Assembly (NCBI GenBank): GCA_951406725.2
Contig: OX597815.1
Coordinates: 87,544,001 to 87,608,000, forward strand
From: Octopus vulgaris
Lineage: Eukaryota
Length of the DNA: 64,000 bases
Reading direction: 5' to 3'
In this document: positions 51,397 to 64,000 of the stretch, piece by piece
How positions within the stretch are numbered: position 1 is the first letter of the stretch
Layout of the letters: each line of letters starts with the position of its first letter
Notes under the pieces: generated by a model
Database searches by the model: none
Told to the model about the DNA's origin: nothing
What the model saw: only the letters and a program-made list of their open reading frames with translations
Translations under genes and position numbers: made by a program

Positions 51397-53098
51397 CTAA
51401 AATAGAAATGCAAATAATATAGTAAAAATTCCTGAGTCAAAGAAAAATAATTAAACTAAGGGATTAAGAGATCAGAGATAGAAATAATGTGATCTCTCCA
51501 GTATGCAATGTATGATGATTTGAAGTGTTTCATATTTTAAAGAGAATGTAAAAAAAATTTTTGAGGGAGATTTGGCTGCTACATACTGAGCAGGTTGCAT
51601 GACTATACAGAAGCTTACTAACCTAGACCAACACTACAAAATCTTTTAGATCACTTTTAGATCTTTTAGAAAACTGTACTTGTTGAACCACTTACCAACA
51701 TTTATTTATATGTATCAAAAAGGTAGTAAGCTGGCAGAATCGTAAGCACACTGGGCAAAGTGCTTAGTGGCATTTTGTCTGTCTTTACATTCTGAGTTCA
51801 AATCTTACCAAGGTTGACTTTACCTTTCATCTTTCTGGGGTCAATAAAATAAGTACCTGTTAAGTACTGGAGTCAATGTAATATACTTATCCCCTCTCCC
51901 GAAGTTTCTTAAAAATTTTATATCTCATATAGATGAATACATCTATGTATGTATATTGTATACCATGGAGAATTTTGTTAATATGGATTGAATGAATATA
52001 TACATCGACCTTTGAATTTGTTTCTCTCCTGCTTAATTTTATATTCCTGAAGCTCATTCCTGAAGCTCTATCAGAGCGCTAATTGCTTGAGCTGTAGAAA
52101 ATGGATATCTATATCACTTATTTCTTCATTATATATATTTATATATATATATCAGTGATATTCTAAATCCTAATCAGAACTTTCCATGTTTCTTCTGGGC
52201 ACTATTGCTATGTGCAACTTTTTCGATCAAAAGATGTAGGACAGTTAATGACTTCTGTGTTGTTGTTATTATTATTATTATTATTCATCGTTTAACGTCC
52301 GTTCTCCATGCTAGTACGGGTTGGACGGTTCGACCGGGGATCTGGGAAGCCAGAAGGCTGCACCAGGCTCCGGTCTTATCTGGCAATGTTTCTACAGCTG
52401 GATGCCCTTCCTAACGCCAACCACTCCGTGAGTGTAGTGGGTGCTTTTTACGTGGCACCTGCACTGGTGCCAGGCGAGGCTGGCATAGGCCACGGTCGGA
52501 TTTGTGCATGTTACGTGCCACCTGCACGGAAGCCAGTCGAGGCTTATTGTTATTAATATTAACAAGGCAATAAAACAGTAGAAATAGAACTGTATCAAAC
52601 ATGAACAGCCTATGGTATTTAGTCATGCCTCTTTCTAGTCTGATATGCTTCACTTTCATCTTTTTAATCTTCTCAGGATCAATCAAATTCCAGGTAAGTA
52701 CTAGGGATGCTTAAACTGACTATGGTACTCTTTTGCAAATTCGTTGTTTGTACTAGTGGCAGAAATTATTATTATTATCATCAAAACTGCATCAATAAAC
52801 ACTTAGTATTTTACTAGAATCATATACACCCTCTCCTACACTCTAAGTGCTTTCATTTAACTGAAATAAGGTTATACCTTAACTTTAAGTTATTTCTCAA
52901 CCAACTCCTGCTTAAAGGCACCCATAAAAAGAAAAACAGTGACTTCGTATATGTGTGCGTGCGTGTGTATAAATATATAAATTCTTTCATTTGTTTCAGT
53001 CATTTGACTGCGGCCATGCTGGAGCACTGCCTTTAGTACTTATTCTATTGGTCCCCTTTGTCGAACTGCTAAGTTATAAGGACAAACACAGACACACA

Positions 53099-53099
<1 letters not shown>

Positions 53100-53159
<60 letters not shown>

Positions 53160-53160
53160 G
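53100..53160. repeat. (TA)n(CA)n microsatellite; similar tracts at 8505-8555, 9952-9980, 28805-28833, 40505-40531, 50578-50617
   Basis: Direct inspection. Confidence 0.95.
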
Positions 53161-53757
53161 ATGACCTTCTTTCAGTTTCCGTCTACCAAATCCACTCACA
53201 AGGCTTTGGTTAGCCTGAGGCTAACCAAAGACACTTGCCCAAGATGCCACGCAGTGGGACTGATCCCAGAACCATGTGGTTAGTACGCAAACTACTTACC
53301 ACACAGCCATGATGATATAAAATACTAGTGTAAACCCATCATCATCATCGTTTAACGTCCGCTTTCCATGCTGGCATGGGTTGGACAGTTTGAGTGAGAA
53401 CTGGTAAGCCAGGGGGCTGCACCAGGCTCCATTCTGATTTGGCAAGGTTTCTACCATTGTATGCCCTTCCTAATGCCAACCACTCCGAGAGTGTGGTGGG
53501 TGCTTTTTACGTGTCACTGACATGGGTGCCAATCAGGCGGCATTGGCACTGGCCGTGCTTGAATGGTACTTTTTACGTGCCACCAGCACAGGTGCCAGTC
53601 AGATGGCACTGGCATCAGCCATGCTCGAATGATGCTTTTTACATGTCAGTCAAGCGGCACTGGCATCAGCCACATCTGAATGGTGCTTTTTACGTGCTAG
53701 TCAGGCGGTACTGGCATCAGCCAGAAATATAATAAATGAATCTTTTAGAAGACTTAC

Positions 53758-53897
53758 AGCAGCTGGTAATGCCTCTGTTGTCGTGTATCCATTGGATATA
53801 TTTTCAGATGAAGAACCAGAAGTAGATTTACTATTTTCTGAAGTGCTTTGAGTTTCCAAAATATTGGTTATTGTTGTGTCAACATCTTTCGTTTGAG
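53758..53897 (-). CDS. AUP1: AUP1 exon, second half of CUE domain plus Ser/Thr linker
   Basis: Acceptor ttatttctAG, donor GCT|GTAAGT; AQTKDVDTTITNILE resembles AUP1 'AKTGCVDLTITNLLE'; phase 1 to 0. Confidence 0.9.
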
Positions 53898-55019
53898 CTA
53901 GAAATAAAGGTTTCAAAATATAATAAACGCTGAGATTTTTATCTCATTCTCAATTCTATTTCGTAATTCACAACTATATTCTAGAGCCAATAATACAGAT
54001 TACTAACAAAAGTTAAACATCTTCATTAACCAATGATAGTTTATTGGTTCCTCATCACCATGATTACATTCAATTCTTTAAAATATTGAAATGACTTTAG
54101 TGGGTCTCTTTTGTTGCTGTTCTCTACTTGGATTGTCCATTTCTAAAGGGAATAATTTCTAAGACTAGTAAAGTTAGTAACGCAAGAATTGTGAGGACAA
54201 GTCAGAAACTACATTAATGTTTATGCTTAAATCATAGTTAACCTAAGTTGCCTAAATTGCTATTTTAATGCAGCCTATGTTTGTCTTTCTTTTCTTTCAA
54301 ACTGTTGCAGACCTCGATTTTGAAGTACTTTTTCTCGAAAATACCAAATAAAAATTTATCACCATCAGTCAAGATATGTATTTCATAAATCTAACATTTA
54401 TTTACTTGTGGGACATAATATAAATAATTAAACAAAAATGAAAAAAACTAAAATATTTATTTGACCATTTAATGTCCGTATTTCCGGGCTAGCATATTTG
54501 AGACAACATTTTTATGAGGAGATACCTTTCTTGTGTCAGCTTCTATGACCGTTTTTCATGCAAATGATTTTTTTCTTATTCAGCTGGTCTTCAAAAGCAT
54601 AGAGCAGCTGGTTGGAATGTTAACATTTGTGCAAATGCATGCACACACATGCTTCCATAGAGTTTCCCCTGCCAATTCTAGTTACAAGGTACTGGTAAGC
54701 CTGGGACTATGGTAGAAGATGCATATTCAAAGTGCTGCACAGTGGGACAGAATGGAGATCATGTGCTTGCAAAGTGAACTTTTTAACTACATAGTCATGT
54801 TAGTGCCTAGTGTGAAATATCGATAGATAAAGAAATATTTTTGCTTTTAATTCAAAAGACTGCAACTATTAATCATTTCAAATTCTACTGAGGTATTTGA
54901 TAAGAAAAATAAAGTTTCAGTTAACCAATTACCGAAATATCAAGAATAGCAAACAAAAGTTTGTATTTGTATATTGATAAAACAAAAAATTATGAGAAAT
55001 CAGAAATAGAATAACAAAC

Positions 55020-55163
55020 CTAAGACTTTAGTAATTTCTTTAATTGATACATTAGGCAACACATCCTGTACTTGGGTAACCATCTTTCGCATCTCTGCAT
55101 CCATATTCAGCAGTAAGTCAGTATCTTGGTCTTTATGTTGTTGGTGTTGTTCAGTGATCTCAT
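55020..55163 (-). CDS. AUP1: AUP1 exon, first half of CUE domain
   Basis: Acceptor ttaaatcAG, donor G|GTTTGT; MVTQVQDVLPNVSIKEITKVL is CUE helix 1-2 (VLP motif); phase 1 to 1. Confidence 0.9.
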
Positions 55164-56209
55164 CTGATTTAAATAATATAAATAAGATTACCAAGAAATA
55201 TGCAAATATATATTTCCATGTATAAATAACAAAAAAATTTACTCTTTACTTTTTGCATATTCAGACATACACTTAAAGTAATAGCATACTGATAGAGACA
55301 CAAATTTACATCTTACCATAGCTGTTGCATCCTTTAGAAACAACACCATGGTTAAAAGCCACATAATACCATAACCAAGTATTCTAGTAAGGAATATGAT
55401 GGTTGGCTAACCACCCAGCCAAGTAAAAATGAACCTACTTTGTAAGGCAAGAAGGCTGAAGTAAGGAGAATTATTTACCTTAACCACAGCCTAATGGCTG
55501 TAAAAGTGATTTCAAATTTTGGCACAAGGCCAGCAATTTCAGGGGATGGTGTAAGTTGATAACATCAACCCCAGTGTTCAATTGGTACTTATTTTATCAA
55601 CCCAGAAAGAATGAAATGAAAAATCAACCATGGCAGAATTTGAACTCAGAATGTAAGGCCAGACAAAATGCTGCCAAGCATTTTGCCTGGCATACTAACA
55701 ATTCTGCCAGCTTGCTGCCTTACAATGGGCTGTAATATTAAGAAAGCTAGACACTAGTTAATTACTCAGAGATACCTTACATTCACCTTAATGTAAGTGT
55801 TGGTTTTCATGAGTAGATAACCTAGGTGTTTTGTTTTTCTAAACATGCAAATTTTAACATTACATGGGTTATAACAATCAGTGATAAGAAGCCTGAAATC
55901 ATGAGGTTATGAAGCAAACCTCATTGTCATCCAGCTATGCCTACACCTATACACATACATATATTTGTCCATACATATAAAAATATAGTGAATTATTTTT
56001 ACTGGTGTAACTTCAAATAGATGAAGCTATAAATAATAACACGTAGAGTATTGGATTAAAAGACCCCTTGAATGGCAAAAAAGTTGAAGGTTAGCCATTA
56101 TATTTAAAAGAAAATCATTCAAAATTGAAATTATGTTACACGAGTTCTTGAACACCACTATTTAATAATAATGACTAAGTTAGAAAAGTGTTTATTGGTG
56201 AACATTTAC

Positions 56210-56370
56210 CTTGAAATTTGCTATTGAGATATTTTTTTTGTAGTTCAGCCTTATCTGCTGTTGTGTAATCTGTAGCAATTAAATGTAAATCAGCAGCAAC
56301 TTTCTGTCGAACATCTTCTGAAAACTCTTCAGCAGACACAGATAGAGGCTTTTCCATCACAGGTAAACAC
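56210..56370 (-). CDS. AUP1: AUP1 internal exon
   Basis: Acceptor ctattgttAG, donor G|GTAAAT; CLPVMEK...EEFSEDVRQKVAADL...TTADKAELQKK resembles AUP1 'EEFALRVQQLVAKEL...TPADKAEHMKR'; phase 2 to 1. Confidence 0.9.
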
Positions 56371-56562
56371 CTAACAATAGAGATAAAAAAAAAAAAAGAA
56401 AAAAAGAGGAAGATATGTTACAATTTGGATCTTAAAACCAAGTAATGCGGTTTCATTTATAAAATCTATAAAATGTAAGAAGCATGCAGGTTAAGATTTT
56501 GACAAACAGTTACAGTTAATATGTTACACTTAACCAAGTGTGTATGTGTGTGTCTGTATATA

Positions 56563-56764
56563 TTGGATGGGCCAAAAGTTATGCACCAATAAGTTCAATA
56601 TGCTCCAGAAGTATCAGACATGCTTCAATTTTTCTAAAATCAAATAAAAATAATGATGAATACACACATACTTCTACATGATAAACAAAATGAATAATAA
56701 CAATAATAATGTAATATAAATAAAATGTCTAATGTTTCGGTGCATGGCTTTTGACCCACCCTTT
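56563..56764. mobile_element. Tc1-type MITE
   Basis: Imperfect TIR ggatgggccaaaagttatgcacc / ggtgcatggcttttgacccaccc in TA context. Confidence 0.6.
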
Positions 56765-58701
56765 ATATTGAAGATTTATTATTAATCCATTTTCAACAGC
56801 AGCCAAACTGGTACACATTTTCTGCACTATCATAAACAAGGTATACTTGTTTGAGTAGCATTTTGTTTTGTATTGTTGTTATTGTGTAGTCTCTGTCAGT
56901 GCTGACTGAACAGATGCATGCACAGAAACAATTTGTCGAACATCCAGGTTTGACCCACATATCAATCTATACTCTTGCCTAGTACCTGCTTGTAGATTAC
57001 ATTGTGCTTTACAATATGTAATGTGCATGGTTGCTCTGAACATGTTATATATCCTCTGTTTTCTGTCCTAGTATGTCCGTCACTTCTAGTGGAAGTTACA
57101 TCTCTTCACCCATGTAGCGTCACATGGATGAAGTAGACTTTCTGATTACAGATGTTCAATATGGAATTTTGGCACATGCATTAGGCTACTGCAACCAATG
57201 TATTTTCTTCAAAAAACAGTTTTAAACATATAAATAAATTTTTTTTTGAATTGATAAGAAAAATATTTGAGTTCACATACTTTAAGAACAGAATGTATCA
57301 AATGAAGCACTTTTATTCTTTTACTTGTTTCAGTCATTTGACTGTGGCCATACTGGAGCACCGTCTTGAAAGATTATAGCCGAATAATTCGACCCTGGGA
57401 CTTACTATTTCTAAGCCTAGTACTTACTCTATCAGTCTCTTTTGCTGAACCATTAAGTTACGGGGGCGCACACACAAACACCGGTTGTCAAGCAGCGAAG
57501 GGGGACTAATACAGACACACACACATAAATATATGTATATATGTGATGGTCTTCTTTTAGTTTCCATTTCCCAAATCCACTCACAAGGCTTTGGTCAGCC
57601 TGAGGCTATAGTAGAAGATACTTGCCCAAGGTGCTACATAGCTGGACTGAACCTGGAACCATGTGGTTGAGAAGCAAGCTTCTTACCCTACACCCAAGCC
57701 TGTGTCTTGTTTACAATATAGAATCAGCTGTGGCCCAACAGGCTGATGAAACATAGTTCTAGTAAAAAAAACCATTGTAATATTTTAGCCATATATATAT
57801 ATATATATATCTTTTACTCGTTTCAGTCATTAGACTGCAACCATGTTGGGGCTCCACTCTGAGGAATTTTAGATGAACTATTTGACCCCCATTGCTTATT
57901 TTCTTTTTAAGGCTGGTACTTATTTTTAAGTATTAGGGACATAAACACACTGACACCAGTTGTCAAGTGGTTGTGGGGGGACAAACACAGGCACAAATGC
58001 AGTTTTCATCTATATGGATCTATATTTCAGAAATTTAACCTTTTTGTTACCAACCCAACTGAGACCGTCCCTGGTTCTAGGACACTGTCTTGAAGAATTT
58101 TAGTTGAATGAATCGACCTCAGTCCTTTTTTTAAAGCCTTGTGTTTATTCTAATGAACTATTTCACTGAACTGCTAGGTTACAGGGACATAAACACACCA
58201 ATACTGCTTGGCAAGCAGTGATGGGAGACAAACACAGACACAAAGCTACACACACACACACACCCATACAACAGGCTTCTTTCAGTTTTTGTCTACCAAA
58301 TCTGTTCACAAGGCTTTTGTTGGTCCACAGCTATAGTAGAAGACACTTGTCCAAGGTGCCACACAGTGGGATTGAACCTGGAACCATGTGGTTGGGAAGC
58401 AAACTCCATCCCACACAAATGAAAGGTTCAGGGTATTTTCATAGTGAGTTGTTTCTTCAGTAAATTCACTTCCTAATACTTCATTATAGTCTTTGAATCC
58501 CCCTATTGAAATTCCTTAATTTGAAGATAATCTGGAGATTACTAGGGATATATTTCTAAGTTATTAAAAATGTTCTTTATGTGGTTAGATAATTTATGAA
58601 TATAATTTAATTTTTCTGTAGGTTTCTTAAAGATGAGATCTAAACAAAAATTAACTACATTTTGGTGGATTTCCAGAGTATCTATAAATCCTAACTATTA
58701 A

Positions 58702-58910
58702 TCCTTTAGCATTTAAACAGGCAAAATTTTCCATCTACTTTATGTTCAAACTGGTCAGATCTGGCCTCTCACACCAAGACTGCAATGTTATTCTAAAAAT
58801 AAACAACTTAATCTTTGAAATCTCAAAACTACAAGGCAATACATGATGAATTTTTTAAAATGTAAATAAATAAGCATTACATTTGACAAAGTAATCTGAA
58901 TACTGAAGGG
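58702..58910 (-). mobile_element. piggyBac-type MITE (same family)
   Basis: Degenerate termini, internal sequence as in 1424-1645. Confidence 0.8.
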
Positions 58911-59963
58911 CTAATTATGTTAAACTCATCTAATATAAGTCTTCCCACACCGCCATAATTTTTATTGATACTTTCATTTATAAATAGCTGTGAACGCTGA
59001 ACTGTATACTGCTTAAATATGTATATACATCACCACTATCATTAATGTCTCTATCACTTACGCATCTCACTTTGTAAAGAGGCTGGCAAATAAGCAGAGA
59101 CAAGGAATCACAAGATCCATGTACTCATGACAAGAACATTGCTACCTCTATAGAGCTGAAATCATGAAAACATACCCAGTACACAATGTAAATTAGCTGA
59201 TATGAGGAAGTACATCTAGCTGTAGAAACCAAACTAAAAATCAAATGCAAGTGAGATCCAGGTCATTTAAAGTGCTGGACTACCAACCAAAAGGTTATAG
59301 TTCAAATGTTACAAAAAAAATATTGAGCTCCTCTAACTTCAGAACGAAAAGGATTAATTGTAAGCAGAACATCCAGGCTGAAAAGTCCAAATTAAGAAAA
59401 GTAACTATCTGTTCTAAAAAACAAAATAGGAAATATAAAAGCTAGGCATTTAAAGTACATGGTTCCTACTTTAAGCACACCAGCGAGATGTTTGAAATTG
59501 CTTTGTGGTTATTATACAGTTAATAGTTTACCATGAATTTTCATGTAAATGTTGGTGGATGAGAAAGTTTTGCAAAATTTGAATATTTGCATACAAACTG
59601 GTAGTTATCCTTCCTTTCCCACTTAACTGTATGACATTCATGGATTAATATAACCTGTGTAGTGCGTGCATGCATATATGAGAGAGAGAGATTAATATTC
59701 TTTAATAGATTTTCGTTAAATTAGCACAAATATGATAGCTGGAAGGCAAAGGAGCTGCATCACTGACATAACTACAGGCATTTTACTATCTTCTTTACCT
59801 GTAACATACATTATTCTTTTTGCCCAAGTCTACTTGATTGAGAACAGAATTGACAACTTCCCTGTCTCACCACTAAATACACACAGTTGTTAAGCTTGAA
59901 ATAATTTCCAACCACTAACTCAATATGGCAACCCATTCTGACTGTATTTACAACTACCCTTAA

Positions 59964-60157
59964 CCCTTTAGCATTCAGATTATCTTGTTAAATGTAATGC
60001 TCATCTATTCACATTGTTTCAAATTCGTCATGATGACATGGTAGTTTATTTTTAGAATGACATTGTAGGATAGGTGTGAGGGGCCAGATTTGGTCAATTT
60101 GAACACAAAGCAGGTAGAATATTTTGGTCGGATATGGCTGGTTTAAATGCTAAACGG
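59964..60157 (+). mobile_element. piggyBac-type MITE (same family)
   Basis: TTAA|CCCTTTAGCATTC...GCTAAACGG|TTAA. Confidence 0.85.
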
Positions 60158-61398
60158 TTAAACTGTAGTCCAGAGACAGTTTCTCTCCATATCAAGCTAT
60201 TTGATTCACTTTTCTTTACATGGATCTATTCAAACTATGGAAGTACAGGTGGTAAGTTCATTCCTAAGAAAAGTTACCTCTCTGATCATACAAACACTAT
60301 TGGCCTGCCCTTCATACATTTCAAAAGGAGATGGAAACAATCCTCAATAACTTGCTTTGTCTGCTTGAAACTTTCCCTTACTATAAGTAAAACCCTGTAC
60401 AAATTTAAAATATAGCTAACATTGGAATATTGCTTGCATACCAGGTATAGTAGTGTTCTTACATACATAATGTCCTACACTACATTAAAAATAACAGTAA
60501 TTTGGTTTATTAGTTAAGACATGGTCACCAAAGTGCTACAGTTATTAGCTTATGTTTCTTTTCACTCTATCTTATACAGCTATTCAATGATCTTTGCTTT
60601 GTTGAACAAGCTAGCTGCATACATCCTGTCATCAAGCTCACAAATCATCCCTCCACTTGTCACCTCTACATCTCTGTACTAAATATTTTTAACAACCATT
60701 CTTTCTTAGAACTGAGGCTCTTCTGGGATTTCTTAACTGATGTTTTTTTTAACAAGTGAGCACCAGTTCATTTTGCATATCAACAACATTCATCTCACAA
60801 GTCTTGAAGAATTTGCATTATGGATACTATTCCTCCTCAGATGAGTTAAGAAAAGACAAAAAAAAATTGTATCAATTTGCCTCACTTTGTTTGACTGGCA
60901 ATTGGATACATTCTAACTAATAGTTTTAAAAGTGAAATGATCATGATAGTGATGACAATCATTGGTCTAGTGTTCAGCTCTAGTCATAGGTCTAATGTTC
61001 AGCTCTATTGAAAACCTTGTTTTGTAGATAAAGAGTACACTTAATTCTATATATTCCAGTATGTCTAGCTATGCATTAGATTGGCATTCTGTCCATGAGA
61101 AAATGTATCTTATTTTTTTCACCATTATGAAGCCTGAGATAAGCCCATATGATCATGTCAGAGTTTCAGGAGTGCATCTATATTATCATATAAATAATAA
61201 TATACTAATCATTTAGTAGAAAAAGAATACTGCAAAATTCCTACAGAAAACTAAAATGAGAAAAGTATATAAAAAAACAATTTTATACAGAATGAGGACT
61301 GTATAGAATTTCCAATGAATGAAATTAGCCCAGATGATTTAGCCTCAAGTGTTCAAATAAAGAATTTTATTTGAATAAAATAAATTCAGATGTCTCAC

Positions 61399-61472
61399 CT
61401 GATTGTAAACCAAGTGACTGGCACAAAAAGACACCAGAAGAGATCCTCCCACCATCGGCTGTTTAAGGTCGT
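61399..61472 (-). CDS. AUP1: AUP1 internal exon (end of acyltransferase-like domain)
   Basis: Acceptor ttttttacAG, donor AG|GTGAGA; TTLNSRWWEDLFWCLFVPVTWFTIR resembles AUP1 'SWVSELLWSLFVPFTVYQVR'; upstream exons are outside the window. Confidence 0.88.
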
Positions 61473-62166
61473 CTGTAAAAAATAAGAATCATAATGAGAC
61501 TAGTTTTAAACATTTGAAGTTGATAATGATTCTTTATGACAGTAATCTCTTGTACAGGTTGCAGACTTTGTACTGAATATCTAGCGTACACTGAAGACTT
61601 AAAAGCAGTGTGTCAGTATTCAAATTACAACTTCACAGCACTGGGCTTCACGGATGGTATGTGATACACAAGTGAAATGAATGGAAGAATGGTGTATTGC
61701 AGATCCATGTCAGTTATGATTGAAGATGAAGGAAGGAAGGTAAGAATGAAAGAAGGATGGATAGATAGATGAACAAATGCATACATGTATAAAATACAAA
61801 TATTCAATATAAATAAGACATGCATGTACCTGTGGGTCTTAATTTGTTAGTGACAACCAACTTTTACTCAGTTGCAATCTAATAGATTACCTAGATAAAT
61901 AATAGATTACCTAAATTAATTTCTTCAATTAGCAGAAGGCTGCAAATTTGTAGAGATGTGGTATAGTCAACAGAATTAACCACGTCATTTATTTTATCAC
62001 CCTTGGAAGAGAGATGAAAGGCAAAAGGTAATGCTGGTAAGATTTGAACGTCAACATACAAGGATGAAAATTTTGAACAACAAAATATGGTGAAGAAGAA
62101 TGTTTTGTTCAAATTTCTGTTGCTTTGCCACCTTTGATCACTTATATAAATATGAAGACATATAAA

Positions 62167-64000
62167 CATCATCATCACTGTTTAATGTCCGTTTTCCATG
62201 CTAGCATGGATTGGATGGTTCGACTGAGGTCTGAGAAGCCAGGAGGCTGCACCAGGCTCCAATCTGATTTGGCAGTATTTCTATAGCTGGATGCCCTTCC
62301 TAATGCCAACCACTCCATGAGTGTAGTGGGTGCTTTTTACGTGCCACCAGCACAAGGGCCAGAGAATGCTGGAAACGGCCACGATCGGTTGGTGCTTTTT
62401 ACATGCCACAAGCATGGAAGCCAGTCAAGGCGGCGCTAGCATTGGCCACGTTCAGATGGTGCTTTTTACGTGCCACTGGCACAAGTATCACAACTACAAT
62501 TTCCATTTGATTTTCATTTTATGTTGATGTACTTGACTCAATAGGTCTCCTCAAGCACAGCAGGTCACCCTACGATCCAAGGTACTTTTGAATGGGCTGG
62601 GACTGGTTATGCAAAACTGGTGTAGGATACAGCCGTGAACTCACTTTAGTTGCCGGGTCTTCGCAGTCACAGCATATCTCTAGAGGTCTTGGTCTTTCGT
62701 CATTGACTCTGTGAGGCCCAACGTTTGAAGGTCATGCTTCACCACCTCATCCCATGTCTTCCTGGGTCTACCTCTACTCCAGATTCCTTCAACTGTTTGA
62801 GAGTGGCACTTATTCACACAGCTCTCCTCATCCATCCGTAGTACATGACCATACCAGCGCAAACGTCTCTCTTGCACGCCACATCCTATGCTTCTTATGT
62901 CTAACATTTCTCTCAGGGCACTTACACTCTGTTGTGTGTGCACACTGACATTACACATCCAGCAGATCATGCTAGCTTCATTTCTTTTGAATCTACGCAT
63001 GTCTTCCACAGTCATGGCCCATGTTTCACTGTCATGAAGCATGGTAGTTTGTACACATGCATCGTACAATCTACCTTTCACTCTGAGCAGGGTAAAAGCT
63101 TTCTAAACTTTGCCCAGGCTATTCTTATTCTAGTGGTAACACTCTCTGAGCATCCACCCCTACTACTAATTTGGTCACCTAGGTGGCGGATGCTATCAAC
63201 TACTTCTAGTTTCTCCCCCTGGAGTGTGATGGAATCTGTTTTCTGAGCATCTGTGGTGTTTATTGCTCCTGTGCATCTGCCGCACACAAAAGCTATCTTC
63301 TTGGTTAATCTTCCTTTGATGTTGCTGCACCTCTTATGTGTCCATAGCTTACACTGGGTATATCTTATGGAGTTTCTACCTACACCTTTTCCACACATCG
63401 AGCAGTGCCACCTATCTGAGGGTGTGTGTGATGTGTTTGCTTTCCTACTCACTAGAACTTTAGTCTTTACTATATTGACTCTAAGGCCTTTTGATTTTAA
63501 ACCTTGCTTCCACACCCGAAATTTCTTTTCTAGTTCTGGTAGTAATTCTGCTATGAGGGCAACCTGTCTTGAATTCCTCTGTTATTGCCTGGAGGACTAT
63601 GATGAATAAAAGGGGACTGAGGGCTGAACCTTGGTGAACCTCTACTTCTACCTGGAATTCTTCACTATACTCATTGCCAATCCTAACTTTACTAACGGCA
63701 TCTCTGTAAAGGGCCTGTACAGCCCTTATTAACCATTCGTCAATCCCCAGATTCTGCATTGCCCACCAGGTAAGAGATTGGGGGACACTGTCAAAGGCCA
63801 TCTCCAAAAGTTAAGTATGGGGGTTTATCTTTAGCTAGGTATTTCTCCTGCAGTTGTCAAACCAGGAATATGACATCAGTGGTGCTTCTACCTGGCATAA
63901 AACTGAGCTGCATCTCATCTAAGAAGACTCTCTCCCTAATGAGTTGGGCTATGACCCTCTCCATGACCTTCATCACCTGATCTAGCAGTTTGATACCCCT
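62167..64000 (-). mobile_element. RTE-clade LINE, 3' portion (RT, Cys/His finger, C-terminus, 3' UTR, (GAT)n tail), frameshifted; in AUP1 intron
   Basis: DLEMAFDSVP, VHQGSALSPLLFIIVL, N..KTKV, RRLRWYGHVLRM, GRPRKTW motifs; continuous into a 3' UTR ending catgctagcatggaaaacggac...gatgatg. Confidence 0.93.

Overview
AT-rich, repeat-dense eukaryotic genomic DNA. The microsatellite load and SINE/RTE/piggyBac-MITE families look like a coleoid cephalopod (Octopus-like), which is an inference from pattern recognition. Two convergent spliced genes can be rebuilt with consistent GT-AG sites and exon phases. PSTK (O-phosphoseryl-tRNA(Sec) kinase, + strand) has 5 coding exons at 16696-29106, 1011 nt, 336 aa. 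The 3' five exons of AUP1 (- strand, 61472-51262) encode the end of the acyltransferase-like domain, CUE and G2BR; its 5' part lies beyond the window. The rest is transposon-derived: two inverted copies of a DD37E (TRT-type) Tc1 element with 194-bp IR/DR-type termini, a terminus-to-terminus non-autonomous Helitron, Penelope-like fragments, RTE/CR1/Jockey LINE remnants, a Tigger remnant and many MITEs/SINEs. The most notable feature is a young ~520-bp palindrome (42649-43166) in which each arm carries an intact minimal type I hammerhead ribozyme, one per strand. Most short ORFs in the supplied track are microsatellite or repeat artefacts.
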